From positions 1,472,001 to 1,536,000 of the forward strand of contig CBDCMT010000001.1 of NCBI GenBank assembly GCA_965219095.1: a stretch of 64,000 nt of DNA, in the 5' to 3' direction. Below, in pieces: positions 24,123 to 33,402 of this stretch. Positions within the stretch are counted from its first letter, which is position 1. The number at the start of each line of letters is the position of its first letter. Source of the DNA: Bdellovibrionales bacterium (GTDB taxonomy: Bacteria; Bdellovibrionota; Bdellovibrionia; Bdellovibrionales; UBA1609). The notes beneath the pieces were generated by a model. That model saw only the letters and a list, made by a program, of their open reading frames with translations. It was not told where the DNA came from and made no database searches. Position numbers and translations under genes: made by a program.

Positions 24123-25703
24123 TTAGATAGACGTTTCTTTTGCTGGTTTGATTACAGAAATGAGATTATTGAAAATACCTCCTATTTGGTTGGCAATAAC
24201 TACACGATTTTTCTTATCAGCTACAATTCTAGCCTTGTTATTTTGAAAGGCAATTTCGATACTTCCTAGACCAACTACAGTTAGTCTTTTGATCCTTCCT
24301 GTTTGTTTGTCGTAGGAAATCTTTAATTTTTTTAGAGATTGATCAAAGAGTTCTGTAATTTGATTGTTTTTATACTTTATAAAAACAATCCTGCCCTCAG
24401 AGTTAAATACTTTTCTTAAGTTACAAGTCCCTTTTTTATACTTAAAGTTCGTTTTCACATTTTTTAAAACTTTTCCTCTAGCTTTCTTCACATCTAGTTC
24501 AGCAAGACTTCTTTGTATAGCTTTAAGCTTTACAGACTTCATTTTATAATAAGATGACTTCATATAAAAAACTTTGTTGCAATGATTGTATTTAAAGGCG
24601 TGCTCCTCTGTAAGGCTTTTTTTCTTGGAAAGAAGGCCCTTAGAATTATACCAAAATTTTGTTAAAACCCCATTCTCTAAGACAGAGGAAGGAGTTCCTA
24701 AAGTTTTATGGAAAACAATGACCTTTTTCCGGCCTTGAATGTTGATTTCCATTTTATGAAGATAGGAGGAAGAGTTTTTCGATGTGGAATCAAAAATTTT
24801 CTTATAAGAAAAATCATAAGAACTTTTATTCACTACATCTTTGCCACATTTTTTTTCAATAGTAGCTAGGTGTCCTTTATGTTGTCCCTTTTTATCCCTT
24901 CGAACCTTATAATTGTAATTTTCAATACAGTTACTTTTATCTGTAAAACTTGTCACCCAATCTTTTTCTGTATTGTAAGAGATCTTTTCGATTCCTTTTG
25001 CAGACTTAATCATTTTCATGTTATTAAGCCTATCGTAATCGTATTCATACTTGTTACCCCACTGATCTGTAACATGCTTTAGCTTGTTTCTTTCAATGAA
25101 GTAAGAAGCCTTTATGCCTTGAGGCCCTTTGATCGTTAAATACTTTCCAGACCTTACTAACTTAAGAGTCTTTCCGGTTTCATCTTTGACTTTTACAAGA
25201 TTGTTGTCTTTATACTCAAAAGAAAGAGAACTCCCTCCAGAATTTCTTTGTAGTAACAAAGCCCCATCTCGAGAGAACCACTGTTCGGCCTTTGATTTGA
25301 AAGCACGATGGTAGCTTCTTCCGTTTGTAGTGATTATATCGGAAGAGGAGCTTTTAGAAACATAGGTTTTCTTAGATCCCTTTTGAGATTTTAATACATA
25401 GACAACTTCAAGTCCTGAACCACAAGTCTTCACTTTAAGTTGGTTTTGTGATAAAATCTCTAAGCTTGTTTCTAAATTTGAACATTGCCCAAAACCAAAG
25501 ATCCCACTAAAAAGAGAACGACTACTGTAAGTTCTTGTGATTTTTAAAGGAGAATTTGCTACATTGATGTCTACGTTGGTACGAGAAAAGTTAGCATTTT
25601 GCATATCTACAATGGCATAAGAAGGTAAGTAGAGACATAAAATAATGAGTGCATTTGTAAGTATACTGAATTTTGAAATAAAAAATAAGCTGATTCTTTT
25701 CAT
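24123..25703 (-). CDS. Secreted YD/RHS-repeat protein, Bd0109-like
   Basis: Signal peptide, VDMQNANF, RTYSSRSLFSGIFGFG, YEYDYD repeats; no toxin tip. Confidence 0.8.
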   Translation of the reverse strand: MKRISLFFISKFSILTNALIILCLYLPSYAIVDMQNANFSRTNVDINVANSPLKITRTYSSRSLFSGIFGFGQCSNLETSLEILSQNQLKVKTCGSGLEVVYVLKSQKGSKKTYVSKSSSSDIITTNGRSYHRAFKSKAEQWFSRDGALLLQRNSGGSSLSFEYKDNNLVKVKDETGKTLKLVRSGKYLTIKGPQGIKASYFIERNKLKHVTDQWGNKYEYDYDRLNNMKMIKSAKGIEKISYNTEKDWVTSFTDKSNCIENYNYKVRRDKKGQHKGHLATIEKKCGKDVVNKSSYDFSYKKIFDSTSKNSSSYLHKMEINIQGRKKVIVFHKTLGTPSSVLENGVLTKFWYNSKGLLSKKKSLTEEHAFKYNHCNKVFYMKSSYYKMKSVKLKAIQRSLAELDVKKARGKVLKNVKTNFKYKKGTCNLRKVFNSEGRIVFIKYKNNQITELFDQSLKKLKISYDKQTGRIKRLTVVGLGSIEIAFQNNKARIVADKKNRVVIANQIGGIFNNLISVIKPAKETSI

Positions 25704-25988
25704 ATTAAACCCTTTTTATCAGTTCAATTTATATTTAACTCACAAGTAAGAATAGCACTGAAAGAAAGAAAAGTTAATAGATTATAGAATTAAGCAAGAC
25801 TAAAGTCTTTTAGGTAAAAATTAAAGACTGTTTATTGCTTAAGTTAAAACTCATACTAAGGACCTAGGTCTTAAATAAAAACCTTTTTCTAGTCTTTCAT
25901 CCATGATCATAAAAGATAGGGCGATCATTATGAAGGTGGGCTTAAAAATGAGAATTTGATTTTTCTAGGGCATTTCCTTGCCCCTTTA

Positions 25989-26022
25989 AAAAACCTTCCA
26001 AGTTTCACTTTAGAAGGTTTTT
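25989..26022 (-). terminator. Intrinsic terminator after recA
   Basis: AAAAACCTTC...GAAGGTTTTT inverted repeat. Confidence 0.6.
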
Positions 26023-26052
26023 GCATTTGGATTTAGAAGCCTTAAGGCTTTT

Positions 26053-27144
26053 TTACATTTGAACTGAGTGGCGATTTTTTGTTGTTTTTTTCTTTTCTGC
26101 CAATGTCTTTTCTGCAACAACTTTTTTATTGTGTTTGTAGGGTATCTTATAGGTTTCGAAAACTTTTTGTTTGAGTTCTTCTTTTAATTCAGCATTTTCT
26201 TTAAAGAAAAGTTTTGCTTTATCTCTTCCTTGTGCAATTTTTTCTCCTTTATAAGAAAACCAAGCTCCTGATTTTTGTATAAGCCCCTTTTTTTCTGCTA
26301 AATCAATGAGATCACCTTCTTCAGAAATACCTTCGCTATACATGAGATCAAATTCCACTTTTTGAAACGGAGGAGCCATTTTGTTTTTGACGATTTTTAC
26401 ACTGGTGCGATTACCCACAATAGAATCTTGATTTTTTATTGCTCCTATTCTTCTGACATCTAGTCTAACCGATGAATAGAATTTAAGTGCATTGCCTCCT
26501 GTTGTTGTCTCAGGATTTCCGAACATAACTCCTATCTTCATACGAATTTGGTTGATAAAAATTACAAGTGTGTTGCTTTTATGAATGGCTGCTGTAAGCT
26601 TTCTAAGGGCTTGTGACATAAGACGGGCTTGTAAACCCATATGGCTATCTCCCATATCTCCTTCAATCTCAGCTTTAGGTGTAAGAGCCGCTACAGAGTC
26701 AATGACCAAAATGTTAACACCCCCTGAACGTACAAGAGTTTCTGCAATCTCTAAAGCTTGTTCTCCTGTATCAGGTTGAGAGATCAGAAGCTCTTCTGTT
26801 TTTACGCCTATTTTTTTAGCATAGCTGGTGTCAAGAGCATGTTCTGCATCAATAAAAGCTGCCACTCCCTCTTTTTTTTGAGCTTGAGCGATTGTGGAAA
26901 GAGCTAAAGTGGTTTTCCCTGAACTTTCAGGACCGTAAATTTCAATGACGCGTCCTTGAGGAAGTCCTCCTATTCCTAAAGCTAAGTCTAAACTTAAAGA
27001 ACCTGTGCTATAGACAGGAACATTTAAATTCTTTACTCCTTTATCGCCTAACTTCATGATAGCCCCTTTCCCAAATTCTTTTTCGATGCTTGTCATAGCT
27101 AGGTCAAGGGCTTTCTTTTTATTTTCGTTTATGTTTTTTTGCAT
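26053..27144 (-). CDS. recA: Recombinase RecA
   Basis: [24 protein letters not shown]. Confidence 0.99.
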   Translation of the reverse strand: MQKNINENKKKALDLAMTSIEKEFGKGAIMKLGDKGVKNLNVPVYSTGSLSLDLALGIGGLPQGRVIEIYGPESSGKTTLALSTIAQAQKKEGVAAFIDAEHALDTSYAKKIGVKTEELLISQPDTGEQALEIAETLVRSGGVNILVIDSVAALTPKAEIEGDMGDSHMGLQARLMSQALRKLTAAIHKSNTLVIFINQIRMKIGVMFGNPETTTGGNALKFYSSVRLDVRRIGAIKNQDSIVGNRTSVKIVKNKMAPPFQKVEFDLMYSEGISEEGDLIDLAEKKGLIQKSGAWFSYKGEKIAQGRDKAKLFFKENAELKEELKQKVFETYKIPYKHNKKVVAEKTLAEKKKTTKNRHSVQM

Positions 27145-27157
27145 GTTGTACCTCCTT

Positions 27158-27652
27158 TTATTCTTTTGTTAAAAAATGATTAAGTTGTTTAAATACAATT
27201 TTCGTCGCCTCTATCTGTATATCTGTACGGGACAACTTTTCTAAATAAACTGTCTTTGTTGTTGCAAGATGAGGGCCTGCAAAACCAAAAATAACAGTTC
27301 CTACAGGATGATGTTCATCTCCCCCTGTAGGGCCGGCCCATCCTGTTGTGGAGCAAGACCAGTCGCTTTTAAACTTTTCACGTGCTTTTTGAGCTAAAAA
27401 AAGAGACACCTCTTTACTTACAACAGAGAACTGAGATAAAAGTTCTTCAGGGACTTCAAGAAAATGGATTTTACTTTCTTGAGAATAACAGACAAGACAA
27501 CCTTTAAAAACACAAGAGATATTGTTTTTTCTTGTAAGTTCGCTTGAAATAAGTCCTCCCGTACAACTTTCCGCTAAACACAGAGTTTGGTTTCTTTCTA
27601 AAAGCTTTTCATAGATGGAAGTGATAAGAGGTTCTAAATGGAGTGAATTCAT
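27158..27652 (-). CDS. cinA: CinA C-terminal / PncC NMN deamidase family protein
   Basis: [22 protein letters not shown]. Confidence 0.9.
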   Translation of the reverse strand: MNSLHLEPLITSIYEKLLERNQTLCLAESCTGGLISSELTRKNNISCVFKGCLVCYSQESKIHFLEVPEELLSQFSVVSKEVSLFLAQKAREKFKSDWSCSTTGWAGPTGGDEHHPVGTVIFGFAGPHLATTKTVYLEKLSRTDIQIEATKIVFKQLNHFLTKE

Positions 27653-27831
27653 AAGAGAAGACCTCTTCCAGTTTTTTTTATAGAAAGAATTATAAAGCCA
27701 AAGTGATTTTTTTGAATGCTGTCTCCCATAACAAAAGAAATAGTATAAGTTTAGTGTATGTTCAAGTTCTTTTTTTCCCCTACATAAGTCGAGCTTATCT
27801 TTAAAATTGCAAAATTAGGACACAAGTCGCA

Positions 27832-27859
27832 TCAAATTAAAAAAATTATAAGCCGATAA
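27832..27859 (+). promoter_or_regulatory. Sigma-28 (FliA)-type promoter upstream of pilT
   Basis: (T)CAAA-15 bp-GCCGATAA; perfect -10 at 27852-27859. Confidence 0.65.
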
Positions 27860-27881
27860 AAAAGAAAATAGTGAGAGGTTT

Positions 27882-29126
27882 ATGAAACGAAAAGTTGATT
27901 CCTTACTTTTTGATATGCTGCAAAAAGTATCAAATGACAAAGATATTAGTGACTTACATTTGAAGGCAGGAATTGTACCTGTAATAAGAAAGCTCGGGAG
28001 TCTTAAGATATTAGACAAAAAATACAATACTCTTACCGATAATATCATTAGGAAAATGTTTTCCAGCATTATGACTTTGGACGACAAAGAGAAGTATGAA
28101 AAGACAAAAGAACTGGACTTAGGCTTTGGTCTTTCTAAATATGGTCGTTTTCGCATCAATATCTTTCAACAAAGAGGGAGTATAAGAGGTGTTATCAGAA
28201 GCATACCCCATAACATTCCTGATTTAAACGCTCTTAGCCTTCCTGAGGTGTTGAAAAATGTTTGTTATTTTGAAAGAGGCTTGATTTTAGTTACAGGGGC
28301 TACAGGTTCAGGTAAATCTTCTACAGTAGCGGCTATGATTGATCATATTAACAAAACTAAAACTCGTCATATCTTAACTTTAGAAGATCCCATTGAATTT
28401 CTTATTTCCGATTGTAAAAGCATCATCTCACAAAGAGAGTTAGGTATTGATATGAAATCTTTCGATCAGGGCTTACGGGCAGGATTAAGACAAGATTCGG
28501 ATATTATTTTTATTGGAGAGATGAGAGATGTAGAAACCATCCGTGTAGCTTTGCTTGCAGCAGAGACAGGGCATCTTGTGATCTCAACACTACATACAGT
28601 GAATGCTAAGGATACGATCAATCGTATTTTGAATTTGTTTCCTCAACAAGAACACAATCAAATTAGATATTCTTTAGCGGCTTCTTTGCAAGCTATCTTA
28701 AGCCAGAGATTGATTAGAAAAAAGAAATCGAAAAAAATGATTCCTCTTACAGAAGTTTTACTGTTTACTACAAGAGTTCGCAAAATTGTCAGAGAAGGCA
28801 CTTTTGAAAATATAACTGATGCTATAGAAGAAGGAGCTGAAATGTATCAAATGCATAGTTTTGACCAAAGGCTTGTTGAGCTTATAAAAAATGATGAGGT
28901 TGATTGGAAAGAGGCTCTCTCTCATGCGACAAACTCTAGTGATTTAAAAATTAGGATGAGACAAATAGGGGCTTTCAAAAGCTTATCATCTAAGTCGTCT
29001 TCTGCACGTGCTAATCAAAGCAACAATAATATCTATGAACACACGGGAACAGAAAATTTTGATATGGATTTGGATCGGGATTCAAAGCCTATTATTCATC
29101 CTAAGAAAAAAACTTCCTCAAATTAA
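27882..29126 (+). CDS. pilT: PilT/PilU-family type IV pilus retraction ATPase
   Basis: SDLHL, GATGSGKSST, EDPIE, GEMRD, GHLVISTLHT. Confidence 0.9.
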   Translation: MKRKVDSLLFDMLQKVSNDKDISDLHLKAGIVPVIRKLGSLKILDKKYNTLTDNIIRKMFSSIMTLDDKEKYEKTKELDLGFGLSKYGRFRINIFQQRGSIRGVIRSIPHNIPDLNALSLPEVLKNVCYFERGLILVTGATGSGKSSTVAAMIDHINKTKTRHILTLEDPIEFLISDCKSIISQRELGIDMKSFDQGLRAGLRQDSDIIFIGEMRDVETIRVALLAAETGHLVISTLHTVNAKDTINRILNLFPQQEHNQIRYSLAASLQAILSQRLIRKKKSKKMIPLTEVLLFTTRVRKIVREGTFENITDAIEEGAEMYQMHSFDQRLVELIKNDEVDWKEALSHATNSSDLKIRMRQIGAFKSLSSKSSSARANQSNNNIYEHTGTENFDMDLDRDSKPIIHPKKKTSSN

Positions 29127-29194
29127 TTGATGTAAGTAAAAATTAAGATAGTTACTTGCTTCTTTTTAGGATGTAGGACAAACTCTTAGGGAGT

Positions 29195-29620
29195 ATGTTT
29201 TCTGAAGAAAAGGTGTCAAAAGGACTTCGTAGACTCGCAAGATGGCTTTCTTTTAAAGACTGTACACAAAAAGAAGTCACACAGAAGCTCGAAAAGGTTT
29301 TTTGCGAAAAAGTTACTGAAGAAGTGGTGAAAAGAGCTAAGCTCAAAGGATGGCTTAAAAATGATAGGCAGTTCTCGGAGGAGTTTATCAAAAGAGGTCA
29401 CGAGAAAGGGAGGGGCTATTTGTGGATCTGTCGTCAGTTAGAAGAAAAAGGATTATCAGGATTTAAAGAAAATGGTTCCTTAGAAAGAAAAAAAGCCTTA
29501 AAACTTTTAACCAAGAAAGCTTTTAAAACAAGCTTACAGAAAGTACGGTTTCTTTCTTATAGAGGTTTTAGCCAACATGTGATAGAAGATGTGGTAGAGC
29601 ATGAAGAGCTTACAGATTAG
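29195..29620 (+). CDS. recX: Regulatory protein RecX
   Basis: GWLKNDRQF, QLEEKG, FLSYRGFS; between pilT and alaS. Confidence 0.85.
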   Translation: MFSEEKVSKGLRRLARWLSFKDCTQKEVTQKLEKVFCEKVTEEVVKRAKLKGWLKNDRQFSEEFIKRGHEKGRGYLWICRQLEEKGLSGFKENGSLERKKALKLLTKKAFKTSLQKVRFLSYRGFSQHVIEDVVEHEELTD

Positions 29621-32327
29621 AAAAAAGTTTGTTGATTTTTTTACATCCAAAGGACATTATCTTGTCCCTAGCTCTTCTTTAGTTCCTGATAAGGATCCCA
29701 CCCTGATGTTTAGCAATGCCGGTATGAACCAATTTAAGAATGTCTTTTTAGGCCTAGAAACAAGACCTTATACAAAAGCTGTCAGCATTCAAAAGTGTGT
29801 TAGAGCAGGGGGGAAGCATAATGATTTAGAAAATGTGGGTTACACGAAACGTCATCATACTTTTTTTGAAATGATGGGAAACTTTTCCTTTGGAGATTAT
29901 TTTCGTGAAGAAGCGATTACTTTTTGTTGGAATTTACTTGTAGATGAATTGGGTTTAAATCCAAAGAAAATGTATGTGAGTGTTTTCAAGGATGATAAGG
30001 AATCATTTGATTTTTGGAATGATAAAATAGGACTGCCTAAAGAACGTATTTATAAATTTGATGAAAAAGATAATTTTTGGAGGATGGGGGATACAGGTCC
30101 TTGTGGTCCTTGCACAGAAGTCTATTATGATATAGGAGTTACAGAGGGTGATGAAAAAGACAATGTTGTAGGAGGAGAAGGGGATCGCTTTATGGAAATC
30201 TGGAATCTTGTTCTTATGGCTTATGAAGAACAGGAAGATGGTCAAAGAACTCATCTTTCGTCTTTGTCAGTAGACACAGGCTGTGGTTTAGAAAGGTTGG
30301 TGACAGTTTTACAAAATAAAAAAAGCAATTATCATACTGATTTATTCCTCCCTCTTTTAGAAGTCATTTCATCTGAGTCAAAAATAACTTACAACTTTTC
30401 TAATACTTCCTCTGATATTGCTATGAGAGTCTTAGCTGATCATAGTCGTGCTATAAGTTTTTTGATTTTAGATGGAGTGATGCCTTCGGCTGAGGGAAGA
30501 GGCTATGTTCTACGAAGAATCATAAGACGTGCTTTAAGGTATGCAAAACAACTAAAACAAGAGTTTATTTTAGAAAAAGTGATAAAAGTTGTGGAACGCA
30601 ATTTCTCAGAAGTTTATTCTAGCCTAAAAACAAGACAAAAGCTTATTTTATCCACTGTCAAAGAAGAGGAGAAAAAATTTTTAAGAACTTTAAATCAAGG
30701 TCTGGCTCTTTTTGAAAAACAAACGTCAGGGATAGATAAAATTTCAGGTGAGTTTGCTTTTAAGATGTATGATACATATGGGTTCCCTTTTGACCTGACA
30801 TGCCTTATGGCAAAAGAAAAAGGATATCTAGTGGACCACAAAGGTTTTAAAATTTGTCTTAAAGAAGCTCGAGATCGTTCTAGGAAAACAAGTTTTATTA
30901 AAAAAATATCACAACAGGAGGGCCTTGTAAATGAATGGGTTAAAAGCTTTACTTCTACAGAGTTTTTAGGACGATGTGGCCATGATAATCAAGGGGTCAT
31001 TCTTTCAGAAGATCAAAACTTCTCATCTCAAGTTGAAGCCAAACTTTTAGGGATTTTTTGTGATCAGAACAGCATTACATCCTTCTGTGATCTTTCTAAA
31101 GAGTGTTGGATTGTGTTTGATAAAACATGTTTTTACGCTGAATCAGGAGGTCAGGTAGGAGACAAAGGGACTCTTAATTCTCGAAACGTCAGTGCTGAAA
31201 TTTTAGACTGTCAAATAAAACACAAGGTTCATCTCCACTTAGTTCTTTTGAAAAGAGGAGAGCTTAAAGTAAATGAAAAATATAAAATCCAATTCGATCA
31301 AAAAAGACGTTCTCAAATAGCAAGGCATCATTCAGCCACTCACTTGCTTCATAAAGCTTTAAAAATTCTTTTAGGACCAAGTGTTGAGCAAAAAGGGAGC
31401 TTAGTGACTGATGAAAAATTGCGTTTTGACTTCACTCATCATCAACCTATAACTCAAGAGGAAAAATTGAGAATCGAAGAACAAATCAACCAATGGATTT
31501 CAGAAAAATATAGGGTTGAGACTACTATTATGGACAAAAAGCAAGCTCTTCATAAAGGGGCGGAAGCTTTGTTTGGAGAAAAGTATGATGAAAGTGTAAG
31601 GGTTTTGAGCATAGGACCTTCTTTAGAGCTTTGTGGTGGAACTCATGTGTCTAACACTTTTGAAATACAAGCATGTTTTTTAGATAAAGAAAGTGCTGTG
31701 AGTGCAGGAGTACGTCGCTTAGAAGCTTTTACAGGTTATGATAATTGTAAAAATAAATTTTTTAAAAAACTTGATTATCTAAAAAAAGAGATGTCTTTAG
31801 AACTTCAAAAAAATATATCTTCTCAAATAGAAAAAGTCAAACAGAATGGAAATTTTAGTTCAAAAGCTTATTTTGATTTGCTTTTCTTTATAGAAAAAAA
31901 GAAAAAAAGCTTAAAAGAACTACAAAAAGAAGAGCAAAGAAAAATCTTAAGTAACATAGATTATAAAAAAATTATTTCCCAAGAAGCACAAGATATCCCA
32001 TCTCAAAAGGAGAAAAGATGGCTTTTTAAAACTTTCTGTGACCTTAATGACAGAAAAATTTTAACTCAAATCACAAAAAATTTTCATCATTTAATTGATG
32101 TGGTTTGCTTTATAGGAAAGAAAGAATCTTCAGGGACAAGTATTTTTATAGCCACAAAGGAAGGTTTGCCTGATAATTTAACAGCTCAATATCTTTTAAG
32201 GGAAGTCGTTTTAAAACATTTCAGGGGCCAAGGAGGTGGAAGAATTGGTTTTTGCCAAGGTCTTCTTACAGATCATTTTCAATCAGAAGAGCTCAAAGCT
32301 CTTTTAGAAAACCACCTTTCATCATGA
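29601..32327 (+). CDS. alaS: Alanine--tRNA ligase
   Basis: NAGMNQFK, HHTFFEM, HSATHLLH, ELCGGTHV. Confidence 0.98.
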   Translation: MKSLQIRKKFVDFFTSKGHYLVPSSSLVPDKDPTLMFSNAGMNQFKNVFLGLETRPYTKAVSIQKCVRAGGKHNDLENVGYTKRHHTFFEMMGNFSFGDYFREEAITFCWNLLVDELGLNPKKMYVSVFKDDKESFDFWNDKIGLPKERIYKFDEKDNFWRMGDTGPCGPCTEVYYDIGVTEGDEKDNVVGGEGDRFMEIWNLVLMAYEEQEDGQRTHLSSLSVDTGCGLERLVTVLQNKKSNYHTDLFLPLLEVISSESKITYNFSNTSSDIAMRVLADHSRAISFLILDGVMPSAEGRGYVLRRIIRRALRYAKQLKQEFILEKVIKVVERNFSEVYSSLKTRQKLILSTVKEEEKKFLRTLNQGLALFEKQTSGIDKISGEFAFKMYDTYGFPFDLTCLMAKEKGYLVDHKGFKICLKEARDRSRKTSFIKKISQQEGLVNEWVKSFTSTEFLGRCGHDNQGVILSEDQNFSSQVEAKLLGIFCDQNSITSFCDLSKECWIVFDKTCFYAESGGQVGDKGTLNSRNVSAEILDCQIKHKVHLHLVLLKRGELKVNEKYKIQFDQKRRSQIARHHSATHLLHKALKILLGPSVEQKGSLVTDEKLRFDFTHHQPITQEEKLRIEEQINQWISEKYRVETTIMDKKQALHKGAEALFGEKYDESVRVLSIGPSLELCGGTHVSNTFEIQACFLDKESAVSAGVRRLEAFTGYDNCKNKFFKKLDYLKKEMSLELQKNISSQIEKVKQNGNFSSKAYFDLLFFIEKKKKSLKELQKEEQRKILSNIDYKKIISQEAQDIPSQKEKRWLFKTFCDLNDRKILTQITKNFHHLIDVVCFIGKKESSGTSIFIATKEGLPDNLTAQYLLREVVLKHFRGQGGGRIGFCQGLLTDHFQSEELKALLENHLSS

Positions 32328-33313
32328 AATACAAAGCTTCTTTTTTTGTAAGGGAAAAGCTTCTTTCATGGTATGAGAAACATCACAGATCTCTTCCTTG
32401 GAGAGAGACAAAGGATCCTTATAAGATTTGGGTTTCTGAGACGATGTTACAACAAACTGTGAGTGAAACAGTCAAGCCTTATTATAAAAGGTTTTTAAAG
32501 CGATTTCCCACTCTAAAAGATTTGTCTCAATCTGATTTGTCTGATGTTTTCGAAATGTGGGCAGGTTTAGGTTACTATAGCCGTGCAGAGAGGCTAAGAA
32601 CTTCAGCTCAGATTATGGAGAAACTCAAAAACTTTCCTAGAACGTACAAAGAGCTTATATCTCTTCCCGGCTTAGGGGACTATACGGCACGGGCTGTTTC
32701 AAGCTTGGCTTTCAATGAACCTGTAGGTGTGGTTGATAGCAATGTGATAAGAGTTCTTTCACGATTTTTTAATCTTAACAAATCTCCTTGGACCTCTGTG
32801 GGAAAAAAGTTATTTCAAGATTGTTCTGATTCTTGGGTTCAAGGGTTTTTTAGTTCTCTGATGAATCAAGCTCTTATGGAATTAGGAGCTACAATTTGTT
32901 CTCCTAAAAACCCCTCTTGTCTTTATTGCCCCCTAAGATCTTATTGTAAGGGATTTAAAAACAACACCCACCTTAAACTTCCTAAAAAAAGAAAGACGAT
33001 AGCTATAGAGTGTTGGAGCTGGTCTCCTTGTCTTATTGTGAGAAAAAGAAAGCTTGCTTTTTTGAAAAACAAGACAGCACCTTTTTTAAAAGGAAGATGG
33101 ATTTTCCCCGGTCCTTTTAAAAAACTCAAAAAAAAACCTTTACAGTACGACTTTCAACACAGCATTACACATCATAAAATCTTTATCACCATAAAAAAAG
33201 AGTTTGATAAAAAAGATTTAAAAAAAATACAGTGGTTTCCTATATCTAAAATACGAAAAATAAACCCTAGTTCTTTAATCCAAAAAATATGGCAGTTAGA
33301 GAAATCTTTATAG
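32324..33313 (+). CDS. mutY: A/G-specific adenine glycosylase MutY
   Basis: SETMLQQT, GLGYYSRA, LPGLGDYTA, C-x6-C-x2-C-x5-C; start MKYKAS overlaps alaS stop. Confidence 0.95.
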   Translation: MKYKASFFVREKLLSWYEKHHRSLPWRETKDPYKIWVSETMLQQTVSETVKPYYKRFLKRFPTLKDLSQSDLSDVFEMWAGLGYYSRAERLRTSAQIMEKLKNFPRTYKELISLPGLGDYTARAVSSLAFNEPVGVVDSNVIRVLSRFFNLNKSPWTSVGKKLFQDCSDSWVQGFFSSLMNQALMELGATICSPKNPSCLYCPLRSYCKGFKNNTHLKLPKKRKTIAIECWSWSPCLIVRKRKLAFLKNKTAPFLKGRWIFPGPFKKLKKKPLQYDFQHSITHHKIFITIKKEFDKKDLKKIQWFPISKIRKINPSSLIQKIWQLEKSL

Positions 33314-33402
33314 ACTAAAGACCAGAATTTTTTAGTCCTTTGTCCTATGTAGTTTAAAAAAATTTTTTCCGATATGAGTGAAAAGGAGTTTTTTACTTAA
33401 CT

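Noticed and set aside
24123..25703. RHS polymorphic toxin with immunity gene
   Set aside because: No RHS core terminus or toxin tip; the downstream gene is secreted; fits Bd0109/Bd0108 better
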